This document shows, piece after piece, positions 29,110-39,769 of a DNA stretch of 64,000 nucleotides. Within the stretch, counting starts at the first letter, position 1; every line of letters begins with the position of its first letter. A model generated the notes under the pieces. The model saw only the letters and a program-made list of their open reading frames with translations, ran no database searches and was not told the origin of the DNA. A program made the position numbers and the translations under genes. The DNA is from Promethearchaeota archaeon (GTDB lineage: Archaea > Asgardarchaeota > Lokiarchaeia > Sigyniarchaeales > SOKP01): the NCBI GenBank assembly GCA_048940925.1, contig JBHLOC010000004.1:32001-96000 (forward strand), given 5' to 3'.

Positions 29110-29236
29110 ATTCTAATTATAATTTTCAGATTGATTTTCTTAAGAATTTTAAACAAAATAATTAATAAAAACTTGATGCTAATAAAAAATAAAAAAGTTA
29201 GTGCGTATCTTTTGTTTTCTTTAAATAATAGAATTC

Positions 29237-30016
29237 TTATATAATTAATAATCCAAAAAATGTACCAAAAGGGAAGCTTAGAAGAAGTATTATAGAAGAT
29301 AATATGATAAAAAGTCTAAACACCTTCCATGTAAGTTTTTGAGTTTCCAACGACGCGATTTTTCCAAATTTAATAGAAGTAAATGAATAAATACACAATA
29401 AGAATCCTGGGATTAAATTAATATAACCGTAAATAGTTAATAAATTAATTAATCTCAAATTAATATAAGGGTATAATAACAGTAGTTGATCCTCTAGAAA
29501 ATCAGGAACAATTAGAATAAATAATAATCCAATTAAAAAATGAATAATTCCACTGAAAATTAGTAAAATGAAATATGGTAGTTGCAAATTTCTACCTTTT
29601 CTTTCCACACTTTCGGTTGATTTTAACTCTTGCTTTAAGCCAAGTGCAAGAAATGGACCAATTGGAAAAATTAAAATTGATATGATAATACTGATTATCG
29701 TAATTATTTTTACTGTTTTACTATCATCATATCTTATTTTAAAGAAGGGAATAAACATTGTGATAACTCCAATAATTATATATATCCAACCAATCAATTT
29801 TATTATCCAAAGTAAAGTTGCATTTAAATAAGGATAAATCATTATTATTGGTAATCCAAGTAAAAAGCTCACTAATAAAGTGAAAAGTAAACCTCCTGCA
29901 ATTTGACATAAACCGGTTCCTAGATAAATTAGAAAATGAGTCTCGTCTTGGAAATCTTTTAATTTTATATATATTTCCTTAATTTTACTGTTTTCACTCA
30001 TATTACCACCACTCAC
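29237..30016 (-). CDS. Membrane protein with internal 2x3-TM repeat
   Basis: YPYLN...IFPIGPF repeated as YPYIN...SFPFGTF. Confidence 0.75.
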   Translation of the reverse strand: MSGGNMSENSKIKEIYIKLKDFQDETHFLIYLGTGLCQIAGGLLFTLLVSFLLGLPIIMIYPYLNATLLWIIKLIGWIYIIIGVITMFIPFFKIRYDDSKTVKIITIISIIISILIFPIGPFLALGLKQELKSTESVERKGRNLQLPYFILLIFSGIIHFLIGLLFILIVPDFLEDQLLLLYPYINLRLINLLTIYGYINLIPGFLLCIYSFTSIKFGKIASLETQKLTWKVFRLFIILSSIILLLSFPFGTFFGLLII

Positions 30017-32057
30017 CAGAACCTTGCTCTCCTTCTTTTAATTGATTAACAGTTTCATTATATTCTAAGAAGATATCAAATCCCTGCATCTTTATAAAAT
30101 CTCTGCTTACTATCCAAGTAGGGTAAATGTTTATTCTAGTAGCGAAAGCTAAAGCAGTATCTAAAGAAACATTATTCATAATGTAAAATTGATGATGTGC
30201 CATCATATGCAATCCTTCATCTTCATAAACTTCCACATAATCTTTTTGCCAAAGCCAACTAGTATGTCTCGCTGTGACATTTTTTACGATAGCTATCCCT
30301 ACTTTTCCACCAGGTTCTGAGGGGATAAATAATAACCCATTACTAAGAGGAAGGAATATATAAACAGGATGATATTTATAGTCATCTCTATGAAGTCTTT
30401 TTAAATAATTCTCGAGTAATGAAGGAGAGTAACCTATTTCCTCAAAATCTCGATTAGGATATTTGAATTTTATACTAATTCTTCGTATTGAATCATCTAG
30501 CCAATCATAGGTACCATTAAAAGATATATCTAAACGTGTTAAATTAAACACTCTATTGAGGAGATCAGAAGAATTGAACTTAACCCGTGAGACTAAAATT
30601 TCTGGGTTTAGAACGCCATTATCTACTCTTGAACTATATACAACATTAATAGGTAAATCATTTAAACTTAAGTCCGAATCTAGAACCGTTATTAAACATT
30701 TGAAATTTTTAATATCTGTAAAGAATTCTTCTGTTTTTAAATCATATTGGAGTAAATTAACATCTATTTCATTAAAATTATCTGCTAAGATTGTGAGAAT
30801 TTGTGAGCAATTTTTTTCTGCAGTGATAATATTAGCCATAGCAGTATGTCTTTCTAAAGGATCGGGGCCAATACCAGTAGAATCTGTACAAGTTGCTTGT
30901 AACCATAATTTTTCAGCCATTTGTAGTTTTTCTGTTATAATTGTTTGATTAGCTATATCCAATAAGTCATAATATTGATTAAGAATTCCTTTAGTAGCTA
31001 TAATAATATTTCTACATCGATAGTTATTAGCTAAAATAATTCCATCATCTGCAGAATCTCCATTATTAGCAGCCCAAATATAACTTGAATTATATCTCGT
31101 TGTGCCCCAATTGCATTCAGGAATATAATAGTCTAATTTTTTCACAGCTCCCTTACTTTCACAATGATTCACCCATTCTGTGCACGTCATAAACTTATTA
31201 CCTTCCATTTCAAGCATTACAAGTTCTTCTTCATATGCTTTTACTTTTTTATCGTCAACAAAGAATTCCGGAAGTCCTTTTTTTTCCCAATTGTTAACTT
31301 CTAAGGCTAGTTCAGCATCTAGTTCAAAACACCATGAATGCATATAACCCGCTTCCCATTTTGGTAAATAGTCATATTGAAGAACATTGATTTTCTTACC
31401 TGTTCCAGTATTTATTAAATCAAATACAGGTGAATCAGCTCCAGAATATCCCGGAAACCTAAAATCTCTTATTTGTTGAGTAGATGCTAAAACTGTATCA
31501 ATATTACTAGTCCATTTACTATTCAATAAAGTAGCTAAACCATAACAAAACTGGCCTTCTTGAAAGAGTATGCACCTACTTCTTTTATCCAATATACCTG
31601 CAGCGTCTAATGTCTTGTTAGCGTATTCTAGGTTTAACTCAAAAACATCTGCAGGATACATGTAAATTAATTGACTAAATTGAATGCCACATATTAACTC
31701 CATCTGCCCATGGTTTATTAGCTCTAATGATAGATCCTTTATTTCTTTAAACTGAACTTCATTAAAAACTCGATAAATCAGCTCTGCTTGACACTCAATT
31801 GTAAATTTCCATTTTGGATGCTTTTCATATATCGATAATAATTTAAAATATGGTTCACGGATGATTGTCTCTTCCACCTCTTCACTACCTAATCGATAAT
31901 CAATATTGAAATGATAAAAATTAGTAGTACATCGAGGACCTATCCAGAATAAACGAACAGCATATGTCATTATCCCTACGGATATAAATCCAACAATTAA
32001 AGCAGAAATAGCAATGTGTTTATAAAATTTATTTCTTTTAGCTGAAAAATTAACCAT
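30003..32057 (-). CDS. Membrane-anchored GH57/NodB-like carbohydrate-active protein
   Basis: N-terminal TM; FYHFNIDY...EPYFKLLSIYEKHPKWKFTIE...GQMELICG is GH57-like. Confidence 0.55.
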   Translation of the reverse strand: MVNFSAKRNKFYKHIAISALIVGFISVGIMTYAVRLFWIGPRCTTNFYHFNIDYRLGSEEVEETIIREPYFKLLSIYEKHPKWKFTIECQAELIYRVFNEVQFKEIKDLSLELINHGQMELICGIQFSQLIYMYPADVFELNLEYANKTLDAAGILDKRSRCILFQEGQFCYGLATLLNSKWTSNIDTVLASTQQIRDFRFPGYSGADSPVFDLINTGTGKKINVLQYDYLPKWEAGYMHSWCFELDAELALEVNNWEKKGLPEFFVDDKKVKAYEEELVMLEMEGNKFMTCTEWVNHCESKGAVKKLDYYIPECNWGTTRYNSSYIWAANNGDSADDGIILANNYRCRNIIIATKGILNQYYDLLDIANQTIITEKLQMAEKLWLQATCTDSTGIGPDPLERHTAMANIITAEKNCSQILTILADNFNEIDVNLLQYDLKTEEFFTDIKNFKCLITVLDSDLSLNDLPINVVYSSRVDNGVLNPEILVSRVKFNSSDLLNRVFNLTRLDISFNGTYDWLDDSIRRISIKFKYPNRDFEEIGYSPSLLENYLKRLHRDDYKYHPVYIFLPLSNGLLFIPSEPGGKVGIAIVKNVTARHTSWLWQKDYVEVYEDEGLHMMAHHQFYIMNNVSLDTALAFATRINIYPTWIVSRDFIKMQGFDIFLEYNETVNQLKEGEQGSGEWW

Positions 32058-32164
32058 AAAATAATTTAATCCTAAGTGTTTTAATATTTATCTCCAATAC
32101 AAACTTTGTATTAGAAAAATAAAATAAAAAATAGATACTAAATTAATAAGTTATTTTGATTAAA

Positions 32165-32362
32165 TTATTCTTCTTCGGTAGCTTCTTCAATACCTTCTTT
32201 AATTCCTTTCTTAATACTGCCCTTCTTGATGGCTTTTTTAGTTCCTTTTCCTGCAGCTTCAGAGCCAGTAACTTTTTCCACTACTTTACCAAAACCTTTT
32301 GCTAAACTTTTCTTTAATGACTTTCCAAAACCTTTTTTCTTTTTCTTCTCTTCGTCACCCAT
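32165..32362 (-). CDS. Small Lys-rich protein with acidic tail
   Basis: 65 aa; KGFGK repeated; coding-like composition. Confidence 0.65.
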   Translation of the reverse strand: MGDEEKKKKKGFGKSLKKSLAKGFGKVVEKVTGSEAAGKGTKKAIKKGSIKKGIKEGIEEATEEE

Positions 32363-32621
32363 TATACTTCATCCTATAGTTTGTTTAATTATTTTACTTC
32401 TATTTTTTAAATTTTAAATGAATTTTGTAGATTAATTTATATATCATTTTAATAAAATAATGAAAATTTAGGTTTTATAAATATTTTGATGAATTTTTGT
32501 TAAATCCTCTAGTACATAATTTTGAAGTTAAATTTTATAGCACTTGATTATTAAATATTTAACAGATAAATAATAATACTTGTAAAGAATGTATCTCATT
32601 ATCATATGAATCAATTATAAT

Positions 32622-33644
32622 TTGGAAGAACGTTTAATAATGGCTAAAGTTTTGTTTATTTCAAAAAATAATGTTCGAGATGCGTGGCTTTCAGCTATAG
32701 GGCAAATTTTATATAATGGAGATGATATAAAAACAGAATATGATAACCCTGAAGATCCTCCTTCCAAAGATGCTTCAGTTTTAATTGAAATTAAAGATCC
32801 TATGAGCAATCCAATAATGAGAAAGGATAAGGTTATGAAAATTAGATCAAAGTTCGGTAATTCCTATGAAGTATTTGGTTGCATAGCGGATACATACTTG
32901 ATTGGTTCCATTCAAAGTGGATATATTGAAGAAATCATGGAGGGAATAAATGATCATTTTTTATATACATCTGCGGTGAGTTTTCCTTATTCTTATCATG
33001 ACAGACTTTTCAATTATACACCATTCTCTCTTGAAGATTCTATTCATAAAAATTATGATTTAGAAATTGTGGATAAGGATTTTGTAAAAATTCATAAGAA
33101 ATTGATAAAGGCTGAGAAAATTAGAAGTACCGTTGATTCTAATGTCTGGAAATTAAAAAATGGAGTAGAATTTGATTTAGATAAGAAAATATCAGAACAA
33201 GTCGGAATTGAAAAAATTCCTATGGCTTTATTTAATTTTCCAAGAATTAATCAAATGGAATATATTAAAAAGAAATTAAAAGAAAAACCTTATTCACGGA
33301 GAGCTCAAGCTATAACTTGGAGACCATTAGTCGATCCTTTTCATGGGGATCCTCCCTGTCTTCAGAGGATCTTTATGCGTATTAAAAATGGACAATTAAT
33401 TATGCAGACAACTTGGAGGAGTCGTGACTTATTCCGTGCATGGGAAGCCAATGTCAATGGAATGATTAGAATTCAAAAGAGTATTGCTGATGAGCTTGAT
33501 GTTGGGATGGGTCACTATTTAGATTTTAGTAATTCATTACATATATACGGGAATACAATTTCAGAAGTCAAAGATATGTTGGATCGCATGAAAACCAAGG
33601 GAGAACATTTCCCTGAAGAAATTGAAGATTTTATAAAGAAATGA
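32622..33644 (+). CDS. thyA: Thymidylate synthase ThyA (archaeal type; probable start 32640)
   Basis: YSYHDRL; INQMEY; SRRAQAITW; DPPCLQ; WRSRD; ANVNG; SLHIY. Confidence 0.9.
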   Translation: MEERLIMAKVLFISKNNVRDAWLSAIGQILYNGDDIKTEYDNPEDPPSKDASVLIEIKDPMSNPIMRKDKVMKIRSKFGNSYEVFGCIADTYLIGSIQSGYIEEIMEGINDHFLYTSAVSFPYSYHDRLFNYTPFSLEDSIHKNYDLEIVDKDFVKIHKKLIKAEKIRSTVDSNVWKLKNGVEFDLDKKISEQVGIEKIPMALFNFPRINQMEYIKKKLKEKPYSRRAQAITWRPLVDPFHGDPPCLQRIFMRIKNGQLIMQTTWRSRDLFRAWEANVNGMIRIQKSIADELDVGMGHYLDFSNSLHIYGNTISEVKDMLDRMKTKGEHFPEEIEDFIKK

Positions 33645-33652
33645 GTGCCTTT

Positions 33653-34408
33653 TTAAAAGATTTTTGGAAAAATCTTTATTGTATTTTTATAAATTTGTTC
33701 TTCTAATGCCCTTGATGGTAGATCTTTAAGTTTTGAAACGGTGTTTAAAACCTCTCTTATCATGGCAGGACTACCAATTTTGCCTGAATATTTCACTGGT
33801 CCATCGCTTTCTAGTAAAAGATGTTGCTCATCTACTTTTGCCACAGTTTTTTTCACTGCTGGAGAATAACTAATTGCTGGTGTGATCGAGAAGTAATAAC
33901 CTCTATCAATCCCTAAATCTAAAAATTCTTCTGGTCCTGAATACCAATGGATATTGACATTAGGGATTTCATATGAAGGAAGCAGATCAAACACAAATTT
34001 TTCTGCTCCTTTAGTGTGTAAGTTTACAGGTAATTCTAACTCCTGGGCTAATAAGAGCATTTTTTCAAAAATTTTTTTTTGAATTGGATATAGTTCTTTA
34101 TCTTTCACAAAATGATGATCTAAACCAATTTCCCCTATAGCACAAATTTTTTCCTTATTCATTCTAATTTTTTCAATTACACTATCTATTTGGATTTCTA
34201 TATCCTTATTCATACTTACTTCTTCAGGGTGGATACCCAAAGCAGGATAAATTTCATTATATTGATCTGATATTTCTAATATCCTATCTATACTAATAAC
34301 ACTCATTCCAACTGCTATTATCTTTTCTACTCTTGTATGTTTAGCTTCCTCAATTATTTTATCTAAAGATAAGTAGAGATTAGCATGACAATGAATATCA
34401 ATTAACAT
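33653..34408 (-). CDS. tatD: TatD-family hydrolase
   Basis: LIDIHCH; LGIHP; IGEIGLD; PVNLH; IHWYSG; LESDGP. Confidence 0.95.
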   Translation of the reverse strand: MLIDIHCHANLYLSLDKIIEEAKHTRVEKIIAVGMSVISIDRILEISDQYNEIYPALGIHPEEVSMNKDIEIQIDSVIEKIRMNKEKICAIGEIGLDHHFVKDKELYPIQKKIFEKMLLLAQELELPVNLHTKGAEKFVFDLLPSYEIPNVNIHWYSGPEEFLDLGIDRGYYFSITPAISYSPAVKKTVAKVDEQHLLLESDGPVKYSGKIGSPAMIREVLNTVSKLKDLPSRALEEQIYKNTIKIFPKIF

Positions 34409-34435
34409 AATAATTACCTCTTAAAAAAAGTCAAT

Positions 34436-34774
34436 TTATAACGAATTTATCTGTTCTCTTAAATGAGCAATTTTTTTAACTAAATCAAATTTTCTACGCC
34501 AATTGTAATCGGTAGAATCCAAATGTTCTTGTAGAAACTCTAGTTCTTTTAATAAGTAATTTTTTAAGTCTTCCTTAGTGAAATGTCCTATATGTTTAGG
34601 TAGAGGTTCAACTTTAGCCGCTTTTTTTATTCTTAAATCTGAAATAGCTTTTGCTAGTTGTGCTTGAAAACCTTTCGCCTTATTTGGATCTACATTTTCT
34701 AAGGTATCAATAGAAACCTTTAAACCGTCGATAAACGCTTCTAAATCATCTATTTCAACTCTATCGTTTGGCAT
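34436..34774 (-). CDS. Hypothetical protein
   Basis: 112-aa helical ORF. Confidence 0.7.
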   Translation of the reverse strand: MPNDRVEIDDLEAFIDGLKVSIDTLENVDPNKAKGFQAQLAKAISDLRIKKAAKVEPLPKHIGHFTKEDLKNYLLKELEFLQEHLDSTDYNWRRKFDLVKKIAHLREQINSL

Positions 34775-35303
34775 ATATAGACTTTGAAAATCATTGTTTA
34801 TAATTTTATAAATCTTAGAAGCATATTAAATATTTATTATTATATATTAAGGAAGTTATTCATTTTATTTTCCAGATTCTTTAATCTTTAATCCTGGAAC
34901 TAATATTGGAACATTTTGTTTATAATCTTCGTATTCTTTACCAAATTAATCTGAAAATTTTGGTAATTTTTAATCCTTTATCCGCATCAAATCTCTCCTG
35001 AAGCTTTTGATGCGCAACGGATAAGAAGTAGAGCGGTATTATCAAAATTCTAGCTCTTAAAAATAGGAAAAAAAGAATTATTCATAAAATTATTTATATA
35101 GATTAAAAATTTAAAATTTGTTGAAATTTAGATTTAATTCCTAAATGCTCATTAATTTTTGGAAAGAAAAGGGAGATTTAATAAACCCCCCAGACATTAG
35201 AATGGTTTAGGATTTGCAATTTTTACTATAATAATTAATCTCATGAATCTAATTCAACCTTATAAAAAAATTAAGGGAATAAAGCTCCTTTTTTGGGAGT
35301 TAT

Positions 35304-36131
35304 TTATTCATGAGAAATTAAAGAATTTTTTAGTTCTTCTGCTAAATTCCCTAATTTATTAGCGGTTGCAGTAATTTCCTCCATAGAAGCGGTTTGTTGT
35401 TCAGAGGATGCACTAATTCCTTCCATAGCACTGGATGTAGCATGAATTTTAGAAATTATTTCTTCAATTTCTCTGCTACTATTTGTGACAGCAGTTCTAG
35501 ATTCTTCTGCTAACTTCCTGACTTCATCAGCTACAACAGCAAATCCTCTTCCTTGTTCGCCTGCTCTACCAGCTTCTATACTAGCATTTAGAGCTAATAA
35601 ATTTGTTTGTTCAGAAATGTTAGTAATAATACTCATTATTCTTTTAATTTCTTTTGAAGATACCACGACAGATTGGCTATCTCTTGACATTTCTTGTGTC
35701 GCTGATGCAATTTCTTCAGCAGAAGCATTTACTTCAGAAGCGCTTGCTGCTAATTCAGTTGCCATATTTGCTACATTAACACTAGCCTCAGATGCAGATT
35801 GTAAAACTCTTTCTAAATTCTCTTTTGAATTTAGAACTCTGTTTTCTACTATTGTCACTAGACCTATAAATCCAATTATGGTAGCCATAAACGCTGCAAA
35901 AGTTTCTCCAAAAGGATCTCCGTCTGCCCATAAACCAAATTTATCTAGAAAATTTCCAATTGTATATAACATTCCCCCAACCATGGCGAGTAATAGAAAA
36001 ATATGAGATAATGTTTTCTTCCTCATGTAAACACCAATAGATAGAATAATCCCTATTAGAAAGAATATCATTCCTATTGTATTCACTGTCCCATCATATA
36101 AATCCGTCGGACTTATTACTTGAAAAATCAT
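35304..36131 (-). CDS. Methyl-accepting chemotaxis-type signal transducer with 3-TM N-terminus
   Basis: [40 protein letters not shown]. Confidence 0.95.
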   Translation of the reverse strand: MIFQVISPTDLYDGTVNTIGMIFFLIGIILSIGVYMRKKTLSHIFLLLAMVGGMLYTIGNFLDKFGLWADGDPFGETFAAFMATIIGFIGLVTIVENRVLNSKENLERVLQSASEASVNVANMATELAASASEVNASAEEIASATQEMSRDSQSVVVSSKEIKRIMSIITNISEQTNLLALNASIEAGRAGEQGRGFAVVADEVRKLAEESRTAVTNSSREIEEIISKIHATSSAMEGISASSEQQTASMEEITATANKLGNLAEELKNSLISHE

Positions 36132-36454
36132 TTTTTTAATCCCTCCTTCTTTCTTATTTTAAAAACGGACTTTGTTGGTACCTTTTTATTTAGTACATAT
36201 CGATAAAATTCTATCACAGAAGCTCCACACATAAATACACCTGCAAGAAGCGCGAATGTGTGTTCCATAAAATTAAATGTATCAGGCATAGTGAAAGCTT
36301 CCATATTTGTTGACAAAAAAGTAATCCAGATTGCTATGAACCCAGGTAACCACTTTAATAAAGATTTGTATTTTAATGCTGGACTGATATACATGAGCAA
36401 ACCCATCGAAATAATTATTAACACCAAAAATTCATTTATTTCAAAACTTGGCAT
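36128..36454 (-). CDS. Three-TM membrane protein coupled to the MCP
   Basis: 4-nt ATGA overlap with the MCP start; three TMs. Confidence 0.75.
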   Translation of the reverse strand: MPSFEINEFLVLIIISMGLLMYISPALKYKSLLKWLPGFIAIWITFLSTNMEAFTMPDTFNFMEHTFALLAGVFMCGASVIEFYRYVLNKKVPTKSVFKIRKKEGLKK

Positions 36455-36642
36455 CTCTTAAAATACCTCATTGCTTTTTTTATTATATACCTCATTTTAC
36501 TAATTTTTTATAATTCAATTCAATTTAGATATGAATAAATTTGTGATATTTTTATTCAAATCAAGATTTTTTGTTAAGATTCTTTATATAATAATTTATT
36601 TTTATTCAGAAACTTAAATTTATTATCAAAGATTTTATATTT

Positions 36643-36686
36643 AAACTTTTTTTTTACAACTTTGTTGCGCTGTTGTAAAAAAAGTT
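36643..36686. promoter_or_regulatory. Inverted repeat in divergent intergenic region
   Basis: AAACTTTTTTTTTACAAC-N11-GTTGTAAAAAAAGTTT. Confidence 0.45.
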
Positions 36687-36865
36687 TTAGAATTTCATTA
36701 TTTGTGTACAAAAATTATAAATTTTTTAATAATTATTTCAAAATGTACGAAACTTTTAGTGAAGTAATTAAAATGGAATATAATATAGTGTGTTTAGATA
36801 TTTATAAAAATCATATTTAAAATCATTTAACACTTAATCACCATGTATAATTAATTATTATTTGA

Positions 36866-38785
36866 GTGATTTGTTTGCTAGGAAATTTACATGAAGATTT
36901 TTCTTCTTTGTTAAATAAATATAACAATAAAAGGGTTTCAATAGAGAAAGCTATCAAGAATTATATTAGTCCAGGTGATCGAATATTTATCGATTCTGGA
37001 TGTGCAGAACCAATCGAATTAACTGCAAAGTTAATAGAATTCGGTCGACAACTCCCAGATGTAGAGATATTACATTTTCTAAGCTTAAGTGATCTTGATT
37101 ATTATGAGACTGCTGGTGGGATAGAAGATTTATTTAGACACAATGCTTTTTTTATTGGAAAATCACTTCGTAAATATGTCTTACAAGGGCAAGCTGATTA
37201 CACACCAATGCTTCTATCGGAAATTCCGCAATTATTTAAGCTTGGACGTATACATTTAGATACAGCACTTATTCAAGTTAGTCCTCCAGATAAATATGGT
37301 TTTTGTAGTTATGGTATAAATGTTGATATTGTAAAACCTATATGTGAAGCAGCGGAATATGTCGTTGCAGAAATAAATCCTAAGATGCCACGAACATTAG
37401 GAAATTCTTTTATTCATATGGATGATATTGATGCCTTCATAGTGTCTGATCATGATATAATAGAATTTAATTATAAAAAATCAGGAGAGGTTGAGAAAAA
37501 AATTGCTCAATTTGTAGCATCTCTCATAGAAGATGAATCTACTATCCAAATGGGAATTGGAACTATTCCTAATGCAGTAACTTTAGAACTAGAAAAAAAA
37601 AGAGATTTAGGAGTGCATAGTGAAGTTTTTTCAGATGGGATAGTAGATCTCGTTGAGAAGGGAGTAGTTACATGTAAAAAAAAATCTATTCACAAAGATA
37701 AAATAATTTGTTCATTTGTTATGGGTTCTAGAAGGCTTTATGATTTTGTAGATGATAATCCTATGGTTGAGTTCCATCCCTGCGAATATACAAATGATCC
37801 CTATGTTATCAGTCAAAATAAGAAACAAGTAGCAATTAATGCAGCAATAACAGTCGATCTAACAGGTCAAGTAAACGCTGATTCTCTTGGTCATCAATTT
37901 TATAGTGGTATCGGAGGACAAGTCGATTTCGTGAGAGGTGCTGGAAGAGCTAAAGAAGGAAAACCAATAATGGTTCTTCCTTCTACTGTTATGTTACAGG
38001 ATGGAACTGTAGTTTCGAGGATTGTACCTTTTCTTGAACCCGGTTCAGGAGTAGTGATAACGAGAGGAGATATTCATTATGTGGTTACTGAATGGGGAAT
38101 TGCATATCTATATGGAAAAAGTATAAGAGAAAGAGTACTTGAGATGATTAATATTGCTCACCCTGACTTTCGAGAAGAATTATTAGAACATGCTAAAAAA
38201 TGGAAATATGTCTATACAGACCAAAAGTTACCTATTTCTATTGATGGAAGAATAAGCATCTATCCAGAAAAATATGAGACTTCTATAAGACTTCAAAATA
38301 ATAAAACTTTAAAAATTCGTCCAGTTAAAACGACTGATGAGAGGATGATACAAGAACTCCATTATTCTTTGGATGAGAAAGATAGATATCTAAGATTCTT
38401 TGCACCTATGAAAGATTTTAGACATAAAAAAATACAACCAATGGTAAACATCGATTATTCGACAGATATGATTATCGTAGCTGTATATGGCGAAAAAGAG
38501 GAGGAAAAGATTGTTGCAATGGGTGCTTTCTTTAAAACACCACAACCTTCTATAGCAGAATTAGCCTTCGTAGTTCATAAAGAGTGGAGGGGCTTAGGAA
38601 TTACAAAATTTTTACTGGAATATTTAGTTAAAATAGGAAAAGAACTTAATTATAGAACATTTAAAGGCTCAATTTTACTTGAAAATAAACCAATGCTTCA
38701 TATAATTAATAATTCAGGGTATTCTCTTAAGTTAAAGAAAATCGAGGGAGGCGTAACTGACTTTGCTTTTGATTTATCCTCATAA
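36866..38785 (+). CDS. Acetyl-CoA hydrolase/CoA-transferase fused to C-terminal GNAT domain
   Basis: ADYTPMLLSEIP; IQMGIGTIP; GVHSEVF; YSGIGGQVDFVRGA; VVTEWGIA; GNAT AELAFVVHKEWRGLGI. Confidence 0.93.
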   Translation: MICLLGNLHEDFSSLLNKYNNKRVSIEKAIKNYISPGDRIFIDSGCAEPIELTAKLIEFGRQLPDVEILHFLSLSDLDYYETAGGIEDLFRHNAFFIGKSLRKYVLQGQADYTPMLLSEIPQLFKLGRIHLDTALIQVSPPDKYGFCSYGINVDIVKPICEAAEYVVAEINPKMPRTLGNSFIHMDDIDAFIVSDHDIIEFNYKKSGEVEKKIAQFVASLIEDESTIQMGIGTIPNAVTLELEKKRDLGVHSEVFSDGIVDLVEKGVVTCKKKSIHKDKIICSFVMGSRRLYDFVDDNPMVEFHPCEYTNDPYVISQNKKQVAINAAITVDLTGQVNADSLGHQFYSGIGGQVDFVRGAGRAKEGKPIMVLPSTVMLQDGTVVSRIVPFLEPGSGVVITRGDIHYVVTEWGIAYLYGKSIRERVLEMINIAHPDFREELLEHAKKWKYVYTDQKLPISIDGRISIYPEKYETSIRLQNNKTLKIRPVKTTDERMIQELHYSLDEKDRYLRFFAPMKDFRHKKIQPMVNIDYSTDMIIVAVYGEKEEEKIVAMGAFFKTPQPSIAELAFVVHKEWRGLGITKFLLEYLVKIGKELNYRTFKGSILLENKPMLHIINNSGYSLKLKKIEGGVTDFAFDLSS

Positions 38786-38857
38786 TTAAGTTTCAAATGT
38801 TTCTATAATTAAAAATAGATAAATTCATTTTGTTTACAGAGTTAACTTCAATAATTA

Positions 38858-39757
38858 TTGAGAAAAAGTTATTTTAAACTCTTTATTAATGAAGAAATGC
38901 TTATTACTGATTTCCATAATCTTTATAAAACATCTGGATTAGCATCTGAAATAATTCAATCATTTCATAAAATTATATACTCTTATTACAAAAATTTCAA
39001 AAGGGATTTTCCTTTTAGAGAGGATATCACCCCTTATAAAGTTTTGATTTCAGAAATTATGTTACAACAAACTCAAACAACGAGAGTATCAGAAAAGTTT
39101 TTAGAATTTATAGAACAATTCCCTGATTTTTTAGCCCTCTCAAAAGCCCCACTAGATAAGGTTCTTAAGGTATGGAAAGGATTAGGATATAATCGTAGAG
39201 CAGTTGCATTAAAAAAAATAGCTAATATAATAATAACCGATTATCATGGTGAGGTGCCTGATTCTATAGAAATTCTAAAATCATTTCCTCAAATAGGGCA
39301 TAATACAGCATCCTCAATTGTAACTTTTGCCTTTAACAAACCCACAATCTTTATTGAAACCAATATCAGAAATGTATACCTCTACTTCTTTTTTCCTAAT
39401 AAAACCCATGTTCAAGATAAAGAAATTTTACCTATTGTTGAAAGAACTATTGATAAGAAAAGCCCTCGAGAATGGTATTATGCTCTCATGGATTATGGAG
39501 TAATGCTTAAAAAAACTCATCCTGAATTGAATAGAAAGAGCGCTCATTATCGAGTGCAAACTCCTTTTAAAGGATCAAATAGGGAACTTAGAGGTAAAAT
39601 ATTAAAATCTTTAATAAAGACTAATACTCTTCATAAGTCAGATTTTGAGAAAAAATTCATAAAATTTGATCAAAAAAACGTTAAAATAGTGCTTAATCAA
39701 TTAGAAAAAGAAGGTTTTATCAAGAAAGAAAAAAATAAAATTACTCTTGTTAAATGA
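38858..39757 (+). CDS. mutY: A/G-specific adenine glycosylase, MutY-like, lacking the Fe-S Cys motif
   Basis: PYKVLISEIMLQQTQ; WKGLGYNRRA; PQIGHNTA; ALMDYG; no C-terminal Cys cluster. Confidence 0.88.
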   Translation: MRKSYFKLFINEEMLITDFHNLYKTSGLASEIIQSFHKIIYSYYKNFKRDFPFREDITPYKVLISEIMLQQTQTTRVSEKFLEFIEQFPDFLALSKAPLDKVLKVWKGLGYNRRAVALKKIANIIITDYHGEVPDSIEILKSFPQIGHNTASSIVTFAFNKPTIFIETNIRNVYLYFFFPNKTHVQDKEILPIVERTIDKKSPREWYYALMDYGVMLKKTHPELNRKSAHYRVQTPFKGSNRELRGKILKSLIKTNTLHKSDFEKKFIKFDQKNVKIVLNQLEKEGFIKKEKNKITLVK

Positions 39758-39769
39758 ATTTTAGAATAA

